A DNA stretch of 47,700 bases, taken from Patescibacteria group bacterium. GTDB lineage: Bacteria > Patescibacteriota > Minisyncoccia > Phycocordibacterales > UBA6899. The stretch is from assembly GCA_036846065.1 (NCBI GenBank), contig DAIUCR010000001.1, positions 1 through 47,700 on the forward strand, written 5' to 3'. Of this stretch, positions 7,907 through 15,751 are shown in pieces. The position numbers and the translations under genes are program-made. Positions within the stretch are counted from its first letter, which is position 1; the number at the start of each line of letters is the position of its first letter. Below the pieces are notes generated by a model that saw nothing but the letters and a program-made list of their open reading frames with translations, ran no database searches and was not told the DNA's origin.

Positions 7907-9196
7907 ATGGCAAAATTTATTACTGCGACACTTACGTTATTTCTTGTGCTAATGGGTGGGATCTCTATTTTTCTCCCAATAGTCCTTGCTCCGTGGGGGC
8001 TCGGATCGGTTGACCTTGTGTGGTATTTCCTTTCTTTCCTCATCGGACTCTCGATGATCATTCTCCCTTCCGCACTTCCTGTCGCACTTCTTGCTGTTCC
8101 GATCGCAACAAAAGATGGCATGTTGCGCGGAGTAAGTGCCGTGCTCTCATTTGGTCTCGGGGTAATGATCACCCTTTCTTTTTATGGTGTGCTCATCTCA
8201 CTTATTGGAAAGGCGGGCTTGTCATTCTTGGGACTCCACACCGAAGATGTTCTTTACTGGATGTATTTTTTCTCGGGCATCTTTGTGTATATCCTCGCAC
8301 TCTCTGAAGTGGGAATATTACGTTCAAGCTTCCGCTCTCACGTTGGAGCGGTTCGTGAGAATGGTGATCACAAGCATCCGCAGTTGGAACTTTTCTTCCT
8401 TGGTATCTTTCTTGGAAATATCGGCGTTGGGGGAATGCATTCAGGTATTCCGCTCTTGTTCCTTGACGCGGGCGCATCGGGGAACATCCTTCATGGCTGG
8501 TTATTGTTCTTCGTAAATGCTATTGGGCGTATATTCCCACTCCTACTCCTCGTTGTACTTTCTGTGCGCGGAGTTCCTGCTCTGGAGTGGCTCATGATCC
8601 GCAAAGAAGTTATTCGTCGCCTGAGCGGATGGGTCATGCTTGCGATATCGGTATTTCTCATGACGCTCGGCTTCTTTGGTTATGATTGGCTTGTGGGTAA
8701 TTTAAGACATGAGTTTTCGTCGGTCATACCTATGTCCTACGTTCTTCTCGGTAATACCTTCCTTGTGGTCTTATTGCTTATACCGATCTGGGTCTCTTAT
8801 TTAAAGGAGCGTGCACGCGTATTGGGCGGAGCAAACTCAGGTGCAAAAGAGCTTCAGTCTCGCCTAGACGATCTTCATGAGGAGCGCGCAGGTATTGATG
8901 CGGTTCTCGGTGTATCGCCCGGTTTCCTTGAAAAAGCTGAGCGTCATATCTCACACAAGATCGAAGGATTGGAGAAGGAAAAACATATCGCTTCCCGCAC
9001 GAAATTTCATACTGAGGAATCGGCAAATGGTCTCCCTGATGAAAAGGCGAGAGTGATGTTGCGTCAAAAAAGGAATCGCGGAATTATCTTATCGGGAGTC
9101 CTTGTTCTCTCGCTCTTATTTTTGCCGTATGAACTTGGGCTGACGCAAGAAGTTTCACCTTCTGATTTGGGCACTGCCGGAGTATTACATGAATAA
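7907..9196 (+). CDS. Multi-pass membrane protein, CcdA/DsbD_2-like layout but cysteine-free, with a C-terminal coiled-coil and terminal TM
   Basis: 429 aa with about 8 hydrophobic segments. ILPSALP and MHSGIPLL resemble the CcdA PC..P / PC.GP motifs with Ser in place of Cys. There is no Cys in the whole protein. Family assignment is tentative. Confidence 0.7.
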   Translation: MAKFITATLTLFLVLMGGISIFLPIVLAPWGLGSVDLVWYFLSFLIGLSMIILPSALPVALLAVPIATKDGMLRGVSAVLSFGLGVMITLSFYGVLISLIGKAGLSFLGLHTEDVLYWMYFFSGIFVYILALSEVGILRSSFRSHVGAVRENGDHKHPQLELFFLGIFLGNIGVGGMHSGIPLLFLDAGASGNILHGWLLFFVNAIGRIFPLLLLVVLSVRGVPALEWLMIRKEVIRRLSGWVMLAISVFLMTLGFFGYDWLVGNLRHEFSSVIPMSYVLLGNTFLVVLLLIPIWVSYLKERARVLGGANSGAKELQSRLDDLHEERAGIDAVLGVSPGFLEKAERHISHKIEGLEKEKHIASRTKFHTEESANGLPDEKARVMLRQKRNRGIILSGVLVLSLLFLPYELGLTQEVSPSDLGTAGVLHE

Positions 9197-9593
9197 ATAT
9201 TTTTTCCCCGTTGCGATCCTTCTCGTACTCCTCGCTTTTTGTGCTGCATACGCTATTTTTATGCTCACTCCTGCTGCTCAAGACAAATATGTGAGCATGA
9301 GACGAGATATGATCATTACGTTTGATAAAGATGCGCATGCTTTTGCCCCCGAAACATTCACCGTCTCTTTGGGCGATACAATATATCTTGAGCTTGTTAA
9401 TGATGACATTCTCCCGCACGGTATAGCGATCGATGCATATGGTATTACAACTTTTGTTGGGGCAGGAGATCGTGCAAACCTTGCACCATTTACCGTAACG
9501 AAGGTGGGGAATTTTACGTTCTACTGCCCTCATCTTAATGATCCACATTTGAGCGAGCTCGGAACACTCGTTGTTTTACCTCTTCGTAGGTAG
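9189..9593 (+). CDS. Cupredoxin-like protein with N-terminal membrane anchor
   Basis: 134 aa with an N-terminal TM helix. PHGIAID ... FYCPHLNDPH ... GTLVV resembles a type-1 copper His/Cys/His ligand pattern. Its start overlaps the upstream gene by 8 nt. Confidence 0.6.
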   Translation: MNKYFFPVAILLVLLAFCAAYAIFMLTPAAQDKYVSMRRDMIITFDKDAHAFAPETFTVSLGDTIYLELVNDDILPHGIAIDAYGITTFVGAGDRANLAPFTVTKVGNFTFYCPHLNDPHLSELGTLVVLPLRR

Positions 9594-9595
9594 TT

Positions 9596-9632
9596 TAAAA
9601 AATAAAGACCATCATGTGTGATGGTCTTTTAT
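9596..9632. terminator. Bidirectional intrinsic terminator
   Basis: Stem AAAGACCATCA / TGATGGTCTTT with loop TGTG, flanked by an A-run and a T-run. It overlaps the stop codon of the convergent gene. Confidence 0.8.
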
Positions 9633-10153
9633 TCCGCTTTGTGTGGAGTAATGCTTTTATTTAGATATTCTTCGAGTATTCGATCGATCTCTCCTTGGAG
9701 TTCGGGGTGAATATTGATGTCTTCGATCGCATGCATGAGTGAGTCCCACGTCTTCGGATCTGTTTCCGCTATCGATGATTCGATACGTACCCTGAATTCC
9801 TCAAAGAGTGAGAGTATTGTTGTTATTTCTTCTTGATCGTGACTTTCCGCTGCTTTCTTGAAATGTGCGAGCGCGTCAGGGTCAGAAAGGTGTTCCGCAA
9901 AAAAACGAAAAATAGGAGCACGTTCCGCAATGTATTGCATTATCGGTGCACGGAGTATGAAATTTCGTTCTTCCGGGTCAAGTTCTTCGCCCCTACGCAG
10001 TGCCTCTTCTTCGAGGAGTGCAACTTTTTTCATTGCAGCTTCTTTTGCGCTCAAGTAATTTGTATCAGCAGAAAATACGTCGCGCTGAACAATGAGTATT
10101 TCTTCATTGTTTATTTCCACAGGTATTTCCTTTTCTTGATAAGATCGTTCCAT
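9629..10153 (-). CDS. Hypothetical acidic, probably helical protein (174 aa)
   Basis: Long ORF with a coding-like composition. On the minus strand, TATACT (plus coordinates 10166-10171) lies 12 nt before the ATG. No family recognised. Confidence 0.6.
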   Translation of the reverse strand: MERSYQEKEIPVEINNEEILIVQRDVFSADTNYLSAKEAAMKKVALLEEEALRRGEELDPEERNFILRAPIMQYIAERAPIFRFFAEHLSDPDALAHFKKAAESHDQEEITTILSLFEEFRVRIESSIAETDPKTWDSLMHAIEDINIHPELQGEIDRILEEYLNKSITPHKAE

Positions 10154-10180
10154 GAGTCTTCGGGTAGTATATTCTTGTTT

Positions 10181-10648
10181 TTAAAAATGTGAAGTAGTGT
10201 GTTCTTTTTGGTAGGGAATCAATACTTTTTGAAGTATGTAGCTGAAGAATTCTTTATCAATGGGGTGGGAGAGTAGGGTTGCAACCTCGCTCGGTGTAAC
10301 CCATCTTGCTTCGGGATTTTCAGGGTCTTCCGGAGAGAGGATCTCTTGTGTTGTGGTAAAAAAGAAGAACGAGATGGTGCGCACTTCATCTTCATCCCCT
10401 GCATTCATCTTTATTTTTTTACGAATGTACGGGCTAAGTTTGCTGATAAGTGTGAGATCATTTTTGTTGATACCCGCTTCTTCTTGTATCTCTCGTAATG
10501 CCGCCTCAAGGTGTGTTTCTCCATCTTCTACATGCCCCTTGGGGAGCGACCAAGAATTGTTCTGTTGACTGACGACAACAATACCATGTTTGGGGTTCCA
10601 TATGATGCCTCCGGCTATTTGTACCATATTCTTATTATAGTATTGCAT
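10181..10648 (-). CDS. NUDIX hydrolase
   Basis: Nudix box GHVEDGETHLEAALREIQEEAGI (GX5EX7REUXEEXGU). Confidence 0.85.
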   Translation of the reverse strand: MQYYNKNMVQIAGGIIWNPKHGIVVVSQQNNSWSLPKGHVEDGETHLEAALREIQEEAGINKNDLTLISKLSPYIRKKIKMNAGDEDEVRTISFFFFTTTQEILSPEDPENPEARWVTPSEVATLLSHPIDKEFFSYILQKVLIPYQKEHTTSHF

Positions 10649-10667
10649 CCTCAGTCTTGCGAGCTAT

Positions 10668-10696
10668 TTGCAATGTTTGAGGGGTAGGGATATAAT
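10668..10696 (+). promoter_or_regulatory. Near-consensus orphan promoter (TTGCAA-17-TATAAT) with no downstream plus-strand gene
   Basis: -35 at 10668-10673 and -10 at 10691-10696. It faces the 3' end of the convergent EVE operon. Confidence 0.4.
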
Positions 10697-10746
10697 ATAC
10701 AAAGTTTAGTTCTGTCAGTTAGTGTTTTTCGTTTCCGTTTTTATCG

Positions 10747-10784
10747 GGAAAAAAGAAGATGCCGCTTCCAATCAAGGGAGCGGC
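10747..10784 (-). terminator. Intrinsic terminator of the REC-REC-EVE operon
   Basis: On the minus strand, 9-bp stem GCCGCTCCC / GGAAGCGGC, followed by ATCTTCTTTTTT. Confidence 0.75.
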
Positions 10785-10805
10785 TATTCATTTGCTTGAA
10801 CTTTT

Positions 10806-11306
10806 TTATGCGAGAGAGGTCTTCGATGCAAGTTTTTGTATGACCTCAAATTCTTTCTTTGTGACCGGGGTAATGGAGAGGCGATTGCGTTTCCAGAGTG
10901 CCATACTCTTGAGTGCGGCAGTGTTTTGAAGCTCACTCCTCTTTATCGTGCGAGGGAATTGTTCGACGAATGCCACGTCAACCATGAACCATATGGGCTT
11001 CTCTTCTCCGGCTTTTTTATCAAAATATTTACTTGCTTTATCCCACTGCGTAAAGTCGGGATATGGACTGCTTGCGACTTTCGCAATACCAACGACACCA
11101 GAGGGTGTCGCATTCGAATGATAGAACAATACGAGATCGCCAATGCGCATCTTGTCTCGCATGAAATTCCTTGCTTCGAAGTTTCGGACGCCATCCCAGT
11201 GGTGTTTTTTCTTTTTCCTTAGGTCGTCAATGGAAAATTCACCTGGCTCGCTCTTCATGAGCCAATATTGGGTAACGCGTGTTGAGGATCCTTTCGAGCT
11301 AGTCAT
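10806..11306 (-). CDS. EVE (PUA-like) domain protein
   Basis: YWLMKSEPGEFSIDDL...WDGVRNFEARNFMRDKMRIGDLVLFYHSN is the characteristic EVE/THYN1-like N-terminal signature. The start is uncertain (ATG 11306 overlaps the REC stop; alternatives are 11339 or 11258). Confidence 0.8.
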   Translation of the reverse strand: MTSSKGSSTRVTQYWLMKSEPGEFSIDDLRKKKKHHWDGVRNFEARNFMRDKMRIGDLVLFYHSNATPSGVVGIAKVASSPYPDFTQWDKASKYFDKKAGEEKPIWFMVDVAFVEQFPRTIKRSELQNTAALKSMALWKRNRLSITPVTKKEFEVIQKLASKTSLA

Positions 11307-11682
11307 TGATGCGCTCACGAATGCGTCCGACGATCGCATCTAAGCTCCACTCATTCTTTACGAGGAATTCTGTACCTTCGAAATTAGAGATCTTTTCGAT
11401 CGTTTGTGCGTCGGTGGAGTTTGTCAGTACGAGGACTGCGACATGTTTTCCCCATGCATCGGCACTGCGCAACTTCGAAAGCATTGTGATGCCGTCCATC
11501 TTTGGCATGTAGATATCAAGGAGAATGAGCGCAGGGTGTTTCTCGAGCGCAAGCTTAAGACCTTCTTCTCCGTCGATCGCTTCGAGTGGAAGAAAACCTT
11601 CTTCAGTGAGCTTGTCGGCAAGCACGTGACGTAACGCAGAATCATCCTCGACGATAAGAATTGTCTTGTTGTTTGTTTCCAT
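11299..11682 (-). CDS. Single-domain response regulator (CheY-like receiver)
   Basis: VEDD acidic pocket, phospho-acceptor LLDIYMP, LVLTN and FLVK, which are the canonical REC residues. No output domain. Confidence 0.85.
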   Translation of the reverse strand: METNNKTILIVEDDSALRHVLADKLTEEGFLPLEAIDGEEGLKLALEKHPALILLDIYMPKMDGITMLSKLRSADAWGKHVAVLVLTNSTDAQTIEKISNFEGTEFLVKNEWSLDAIVGRIRERIND

Positions 11683-11684
11683 GA

Positions 11685-12068
11685 TTATTTTTTCTTTTTT
11701 AAGATCGCTTTTACATTTTTTACCACTTCATCGAGGCTTGTCTCTGCTTTGACGAGGTAGGCGGTGAGCTCAAGATCATGTACACGCTTTTCATCTTCGG
11801 AACTATTTTGATTTGTGAGGGTAATGATGTGCACTTCCTTGCCCCAATCACCTGATTCACGAATGCGTTTTGCCATCTCTAGTCCATCAACGGGGAACAT
11901 GACGATATCGGTGATGATCATGTCAGGTCTTTTCTCAAGCGCGGTCGTGTAGCCCATCTCTCCTCCATTTGCGGAAAGAACATCAAAATTTTCGTCTTGT
12001 AGTTTTTCTACCAGTACCTCGCGGAGAGAGTCGCTATCTTCAACGACCAGTATAGTCTGCTTTGTCAT
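11685..12068 (-). CDS. Single-domain response regulator (CheY-like receiver)
   Basis: VEDSD, IITDIVMF, ITLTN and YLVK. It looks paralogous to the downstream REC (DWGKEVHIITLTN versus AWGKHVAVLVLTN). An extended -10 (TGaTATACT) lies 10 nt before the ATG. Confidence 0.85.
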   Translation of the reverse strand: MTKQTILVVEDSDSLREVLVEKLQDENFDVLSANGGEMGYTTALEKRPDMIITDIVMFPVDGLEMAKRIRESGDWGKEVHIITLTNQNSSEDEKRVHDLELTAYLVKAETSLDEVVKNVKAILKKKK

Positions 12069-12178
12069 AATGAAATACAGTATATCACAAGCATTTAAAG
12101 TGTATATTTACACATCCATTGTTTTTGTTTCGTGACATTTTTGACCGTATTTCGGTATGGGTATACCATGAATGATAC

Positions 12179-13225
12179 ATGGCAAAAGTGATAATTTGTA
12201 CGGGAATTTCGGGTTCGGGTCGCAAGGAGTATCTTGACCGCTTTGTTTCTTATTCGGAATCGCTTGGAAAGAAGGTGAAGGTGTATCACGTGGGACAGCT
12301 TATGATCGAGCGTGCGAGACGTGATGGTCTCAATATCACCCCGAAGAATATCCTAAATACGAACCGTCATACGATGCAGGCACTCCGCAGTTCAGTCTAC
12401 GAAAGTATCCTTTCTGATTTCAAGAAGGATGGTAAGGAATATGATGCACTCGTGGTCTCGATCCATGGTTTTTTCTATTGGAAGAAAACCTTCCATCATT
12501 CATACGATCATCATTATGTGAGTCGTTTCAAGCCGGATCTCTTTGTGACCATTATGCGCGATCCTGTCGATGTGCGCGATGCACTCGCTTTGCGTGATCA
12601 GTGGAAGCGAGAAAAATTAACCGAGCAAGAGATCTCTTTGTGGCAGAATGTCGAGACGGAGGTCATTGCGACTTGGGCGGAATTCAGTGGGTGCCCATTC
12701 TATGGATTCTATAATGGGCAATCCACCGCGACTCTCTTTAAGCTCGCATTCGTTCCTGGCATGGAGACAACATATATCTCGATGCCGATGACGCACATGA
12801 TGGATCCAAAGAATCGTGCGCGCGTCGATCGGTTCATTAAAAAACTTGAGGAGTATTATATTGTCTTTGTTCCCATGATCACCAAGGGGCGACTTCCTGG
12901 GGTTCATCAAAAATTAAGCAAACGGACTCATGCAGAGTATACGAATTCTTATCAGACCGTGAAGGTAGATCTGGATATTCTTCTGCGTCAGGCTGATCGC
13001 ATCACCGTGTTTTTCCCGAAGCCGGTCTCAAGTCCTGGGGTGATAAACGAGCTTCGTGAGGCGCATGAAACGAATAAAGAGGCATGGATCATCTATCCAT
13101 CAAAGACAGCCAGTCCATTTTTGATGTATTATTATGATCGTTCATTCAAAAGTGAGAAAGAGTTCTTTGAATTCTTGGCGACAGAGAAGAAGCATTCCCC
13201 ACAGTTTCATCATAAATTAAATTAA
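12179..13225 (+). CDS. Fusion protein: archaeal-type adenylate-kinase-like P-loop domain plus nucleoside 2-deoxyribosyltransferase-like domain (tentative)
   Basis: The N-terminus (KVIICTGISGSGRKEY...KVYHVGQLM...VVSIHGFF...FVTIMRDPVDV) parallels Sulfolobus-type AdkA by eye. The C-terminus (TYISMPMT...ADRITVFFPKPVSSPGVINELREAHETNKEAWIIY) resembles the NDT-like Rossmann pattern. Confidence 0.8.
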   Translation: MAKVIICTGISGSGRKEYLDRFVSYSESLGKKVKVYHVGQLMIERARRDGLNITPKNILNTNRHTMQALRSSVYESILSDFKKDGKEYDALVVSIHGFFYWKKTFHHSYDHHYVSRFKPDLFVTIMRDPVDVRDALALRDQWKREKLTEQEISLWQNVETEVIATWAEFSGCPFYGFYNGQSTATLFKLAFVPGMETTYISMPMTHMMDPKNRARVDRFIKKLEEYYIVFVPMITKGRLPGVHQKLSKRTHAEYTNSYQTVKVDLDILLRQADRITVFFPKPVSSPGVINELREAHETNKEAWIIYPSKTASPFLMYYYDRSFKSEKEFFEFLATEKKHSPQFHHKLN

Positions 13226-13242
13226 TGGCATAATAAACACAT

Positions 13243-13647
13243 ATGAACGACAAAAATATCATTATCAGTGCAGCAGTACTCCTTGTTGCGACCGCAGGAA
13301 TCCTTTATGCGCTTTCTGCAAAGAAAGAAGTGTCCGACACTCCGGTCAACACGAGTGCACCAATGGCGCAGTTTGCGCAGTGCCTTGCCGATAACAGCGC
13401 ATTATTCTACGGTGCATTTTGGTGCCCTCATTGTCAGTCTCAGAAGAAGCTATTTGGTAATGCGGAAAAATTACTTCCATATGTTGAGTGCTCTACTCCC
13501 GATGGTAATGGACAGATGCAGATCTGTAAGGAAAAAGGTATTACGGGTTATCCAACGTGGGTATTTGCCGATGGTTCAAAATTGGATGGTCAACAATCGC
13601 TCGCAAAGTTAAGTGAAAAGACGGGGTGCACACTTCCTGTGGAATAA
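13243..13647 (+). CDS. Membrane-anchored thioredoxin-like protein of the type fused to bacterial VKOR
   Basis: N-terminal TM helix. FYGAFWCPHCQSQKKLFG...PYVECS...GITGYPTW matches the Trx-like domain found at the C-terminus of bacterial VKOR homologues. An extended -10 (TGgCATAAT) lies 8 nt before the ATG. Confidence 0.8.
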   Translation: MNDKNIIISAAVLLVATAGILYALSAKKEVSDTPVNTSAPMAQFAQCLADNSALFYGAFWCPHCQSQKKLFGNAEKLLPYVECSTPDGNGQMQICKEKGITGYPTWVFADGSKLDGQQSLAKLSEKTGCTLPVE

Positions 13648-13653
13648 GCTCCT

Positions 13654-14214
13654 ATGGAAAATCTTGGAACAGAGTTTACGCGCATTCTTGCTATTTCCAC
13701 GGTGCTTGGGAACTTGAGCGTGCTCATGTTGATCGTGCTGTGGATCTTTGCGCGATCTTCTTTTGAGCGCATCATGGATGTCGTTGGAGAAAAGGCGCTC
13801 CTTATCGGGTTTCTCATATCTACAGCATCAACAGTGGGAAGCCTTATTTATTCTGAGGTGGTTGGTTTCCCTGCATGTATCCTTTGTTGGATACAGCGTA
13901 TCTTTATGTATCCACAGATGTTCATGTTCGGACTCGCACTCTTAAGGCGAGAGCATTTGGTTGTTCCGTATCTCTTCCTTTTGTCGATCATCGGAGGCGT
14001 TGTCGCACTCTATCAGTGGATCAAAGACATGTTGCTCTGGTATGGAGAGACAACACTCCCATGTCCTGCCGTCGTCGGTCTTCCTCCTTGTGATCGACTG
14101 TATGTGCAAGAATTCGGCTACGTCACTATTCCCATGATCGCACTCAATGCATTTATTTTGCTCGCTATCGTGATGTGGGCTTCCATGCGAAAGAGCAAGA
14201 AAGAGAGCGCATAG
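13654..14214 (+). CDS. Disulfide bond formation protein B (BdbC-type DsbB)
   Basis: SLIYSEVVGFPACILCWIQRIFMYP (CxxC) and a second Cys pair LPCPAVVGLPPC. The 4-TM layout closely parallels B. subtilis BdbC. Confidence 0.85.
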   Translation: MENLGTEFTRILAISTVLGNLSVLMLIVLWIFARSSFERIMDVVGEKALLIGFLISTASTVGSLIYSEVVGFPACILCWIQRIFMYPQMFMFGLALLRREHLVVPYLFLLSIIGGVVALYQWIKDMLLWYGETTLPCPAVVGLPPCDRLYVQEFGYVTIPMIALNAFILLAIVMWASMRKSKKESA

Positions 14215-14299
14215 TGTTTCCTTGCGATGAGTGCTCTTTGCGTGGTAGAACGTCAAATAGGTAGTTTTGTTGCTTTGATATATTCGCGCGGGAGGTCTT

Positions 14300-14845
14300 A
14301 TGCCAAGAGGACTTGTACTTATTCCGTATATCACCGAATACGACCACTACGAAAGATGCTCACCAAGGGAAGCGGGAATGGGGTGGTTTCGCTCCATTTT
14401 GCGTTTTAATCGCAGTGTGCGCCGCAAGGTTTCGACGACGCGTCTTCATGCGGGCTTTCGTGCGTTTCATGAATTTGAAAAATTTCCTTCCGAGGGTGGG
14501 AAAATTCTTCTTCCGTACAAGGTGGATGGACGGTCGCAGTTTCTCTTCCTGCGCGTGACAAAGGTGGAGTGGCCCCGATCCCTGCGTGGCCCGTATCTTT
14601 TTTATTGTGTATTTGATATGGGATTACCGAAAGAAGACATGGATTTTTTTGAGGGTAGGACGCATAAGGCAAGAGGAATCTTTTCTCGAAACATTCTCAA
14701 TGATCTCAATCGGACCATAGGGAAAACATACCTCGACGTTGCGCAATCATCAAAATTCTTTGAACTCGTTCGTGCGTGGAACGCGAGTCAAATACATGGT
14801 CTCGATTATTGGTGCAAGAAAAGGGAATTGAAGACCGCAGCGTAA
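14300..14845 (+). CDS. Hypothetical basic protein (181 aa)
   Basis: GGGAGG at 14290-14295 lies 4 nt before the ATG, and the gene has its own terminator. No family recognised. Confidence 0.6.
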   Translation: MPRGLVLIPYITEYDHYERCSPREAGMGWFRSILRFNRSVRRKVSTTRLHAGFRAFHEFEKFPSEGGKILLPYKVDGRSQFLFLRVTKVEWPRSLRGPYLFYCVFDMGLPKEDMDFFEGRTHKARGIFSRNILNDLNRTIGKTYLDVAQSSKFFELVRAWNASQIHGLDYWCKKRELKTAA

Positions 14846-14859
14846 GCTGCGGTTTTTTT
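14834..14859 (+). terminator. Intrinsic terminator
   Basis: Stem ACCGCAGC / GCTGCGGT with loop GTAA (contains the stop codon), followed by TTTTTTT. Confidence 0.85.
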
Positions 14860-14871
14860 ATCGAGCAAACA

Positions 14872-14899
14872 TTGCTCTCATGCTCTTGCGCATTATAAT
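14872..14899 (+). promoter_or_regulatory. Promoter abutting start codon (TTGCTC-16-TATAAT, 6 nt to ATG 14906)
   Basis: -35 at 14872-14877 and a consensus -10 at 14894-14899, with no SD. Confidence 0.6.
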
Positions 14900-14905
14900 A
14901 ATGCA

Positions 14906-15694
14906 ATGAAAAAGAATACATCTCACGAAATAAAAAAGATCCTAAGTGGTCGAACGCGCCTTGGGAAAGATATTGTTGCAGAGTTTTGGATGCCAGTAAG
15001 ACCGTCTGGAAAGGCGATCATTCTCTGTGATGGATGTCCTTCCGTTCCATCAAAGAACAAGCTCGGGGAATTTCTTGCAAAGAAAGGATATTGGGTCTTT
15101 CATCCCCGCTATCGTGGAAGCTGGGAGAGCGGTGGGCAATTCTTGAAGTATTCTCCAGAAGAAGATGTGCGCATTGTTGCAGAACATTTGAATAGTGGCT
15201 TTGAAAATATCTATGATGCTCAAACATACTTTCTTGATATTCGAGAAGTATTTGTGTTTGGTGCGAGTTTTGGTGGAGCAGCAGCGATACTTTCGACAAA
15301 GTATCCGATCATTACCAAAGTCGTCGCACTTTCTCCTGTCATTGATTGGCGTGCAAAAAGCAAAGCGGAACCACTCCCATTCTTCATCCGTCTTCTTCGT
15401 GAAGGTTTCGGGGAAGGATATCGCACACATAAAGACGCATGGAAGAAAATAGAAAGTGGAATCTTTTATAATCCTCTCCATGAGGCTATGACCATTGATA
15501 AAAATAAGATATTCATTGTTCATGCAAAAGATGATGATGTGGTGCCTCTTTCGCCACTGAAAAAATTTGCGGCAATGACAAAAGTGAAACCACTCATACT
15601 TTCGGAAGGGGGACATCTGTCTTCGTCACTCTTTCGTGATCGTGATATGTGGAAACATGTGAATGCATTTTTGAGGAGTTCGTTGTCCGAGTAA
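14906..15694 (+). CDS. Alpha/beta hydrolase (dienelactone hydrolase / S9 peptidase-like)
   Basis: Nucleophile elbow GASFGG, the acid in HAKDDDVVP and a C-terminal GGH, which is the typical catalytic triad order. Confidence 0.75.
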   Translation: MKKNTSHEIKKILSGRTRLGKDIVAEFWMPVRPSGKAIILCDGCPSVPSKNKLGEFLAKKGYWVFHPRYRGSWESGGQFLKYSPEEDVRIVAEHLNSGFENIYDAQTYFLDIREVFVFGASFGGAAAILSTKYPIITKVVALSPVIDWRAKSKAEPLPFFIRLLREGFGEGYRTHKDAWKKIESGIFYNPLHEAMTIDKNKIFIVHAKDDDVVPLSPLKKFAAMTKVKPLILSEGGHLSSSLFRDRDMWKHVNAFLRSSLSE

Positions 15695-15751
15695 TGTATT
15701 TATCCACTTTTTGCGCTTCTGTTTTGGGTATTTCGTGCGATAATTGACAGT

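Noticed and set aside
10836-11222. 128-aa plus-strand ORF opposite the EVE gene
   Set aside because: It is a shadow of the well-supported EVE coding frame, with no start context or motifs.
12141-12178. Clean promoter call for the kinase-NDT fusion gene
   Set aside because: TTGACC at 12141-12146 is followed by ambiguous -10 candidates (TATACC at 12162 or TACCAT at 12164) with 15-17 nt spacing. This is compatible with the leaderless pattern but too ambiguous to list as a feature.
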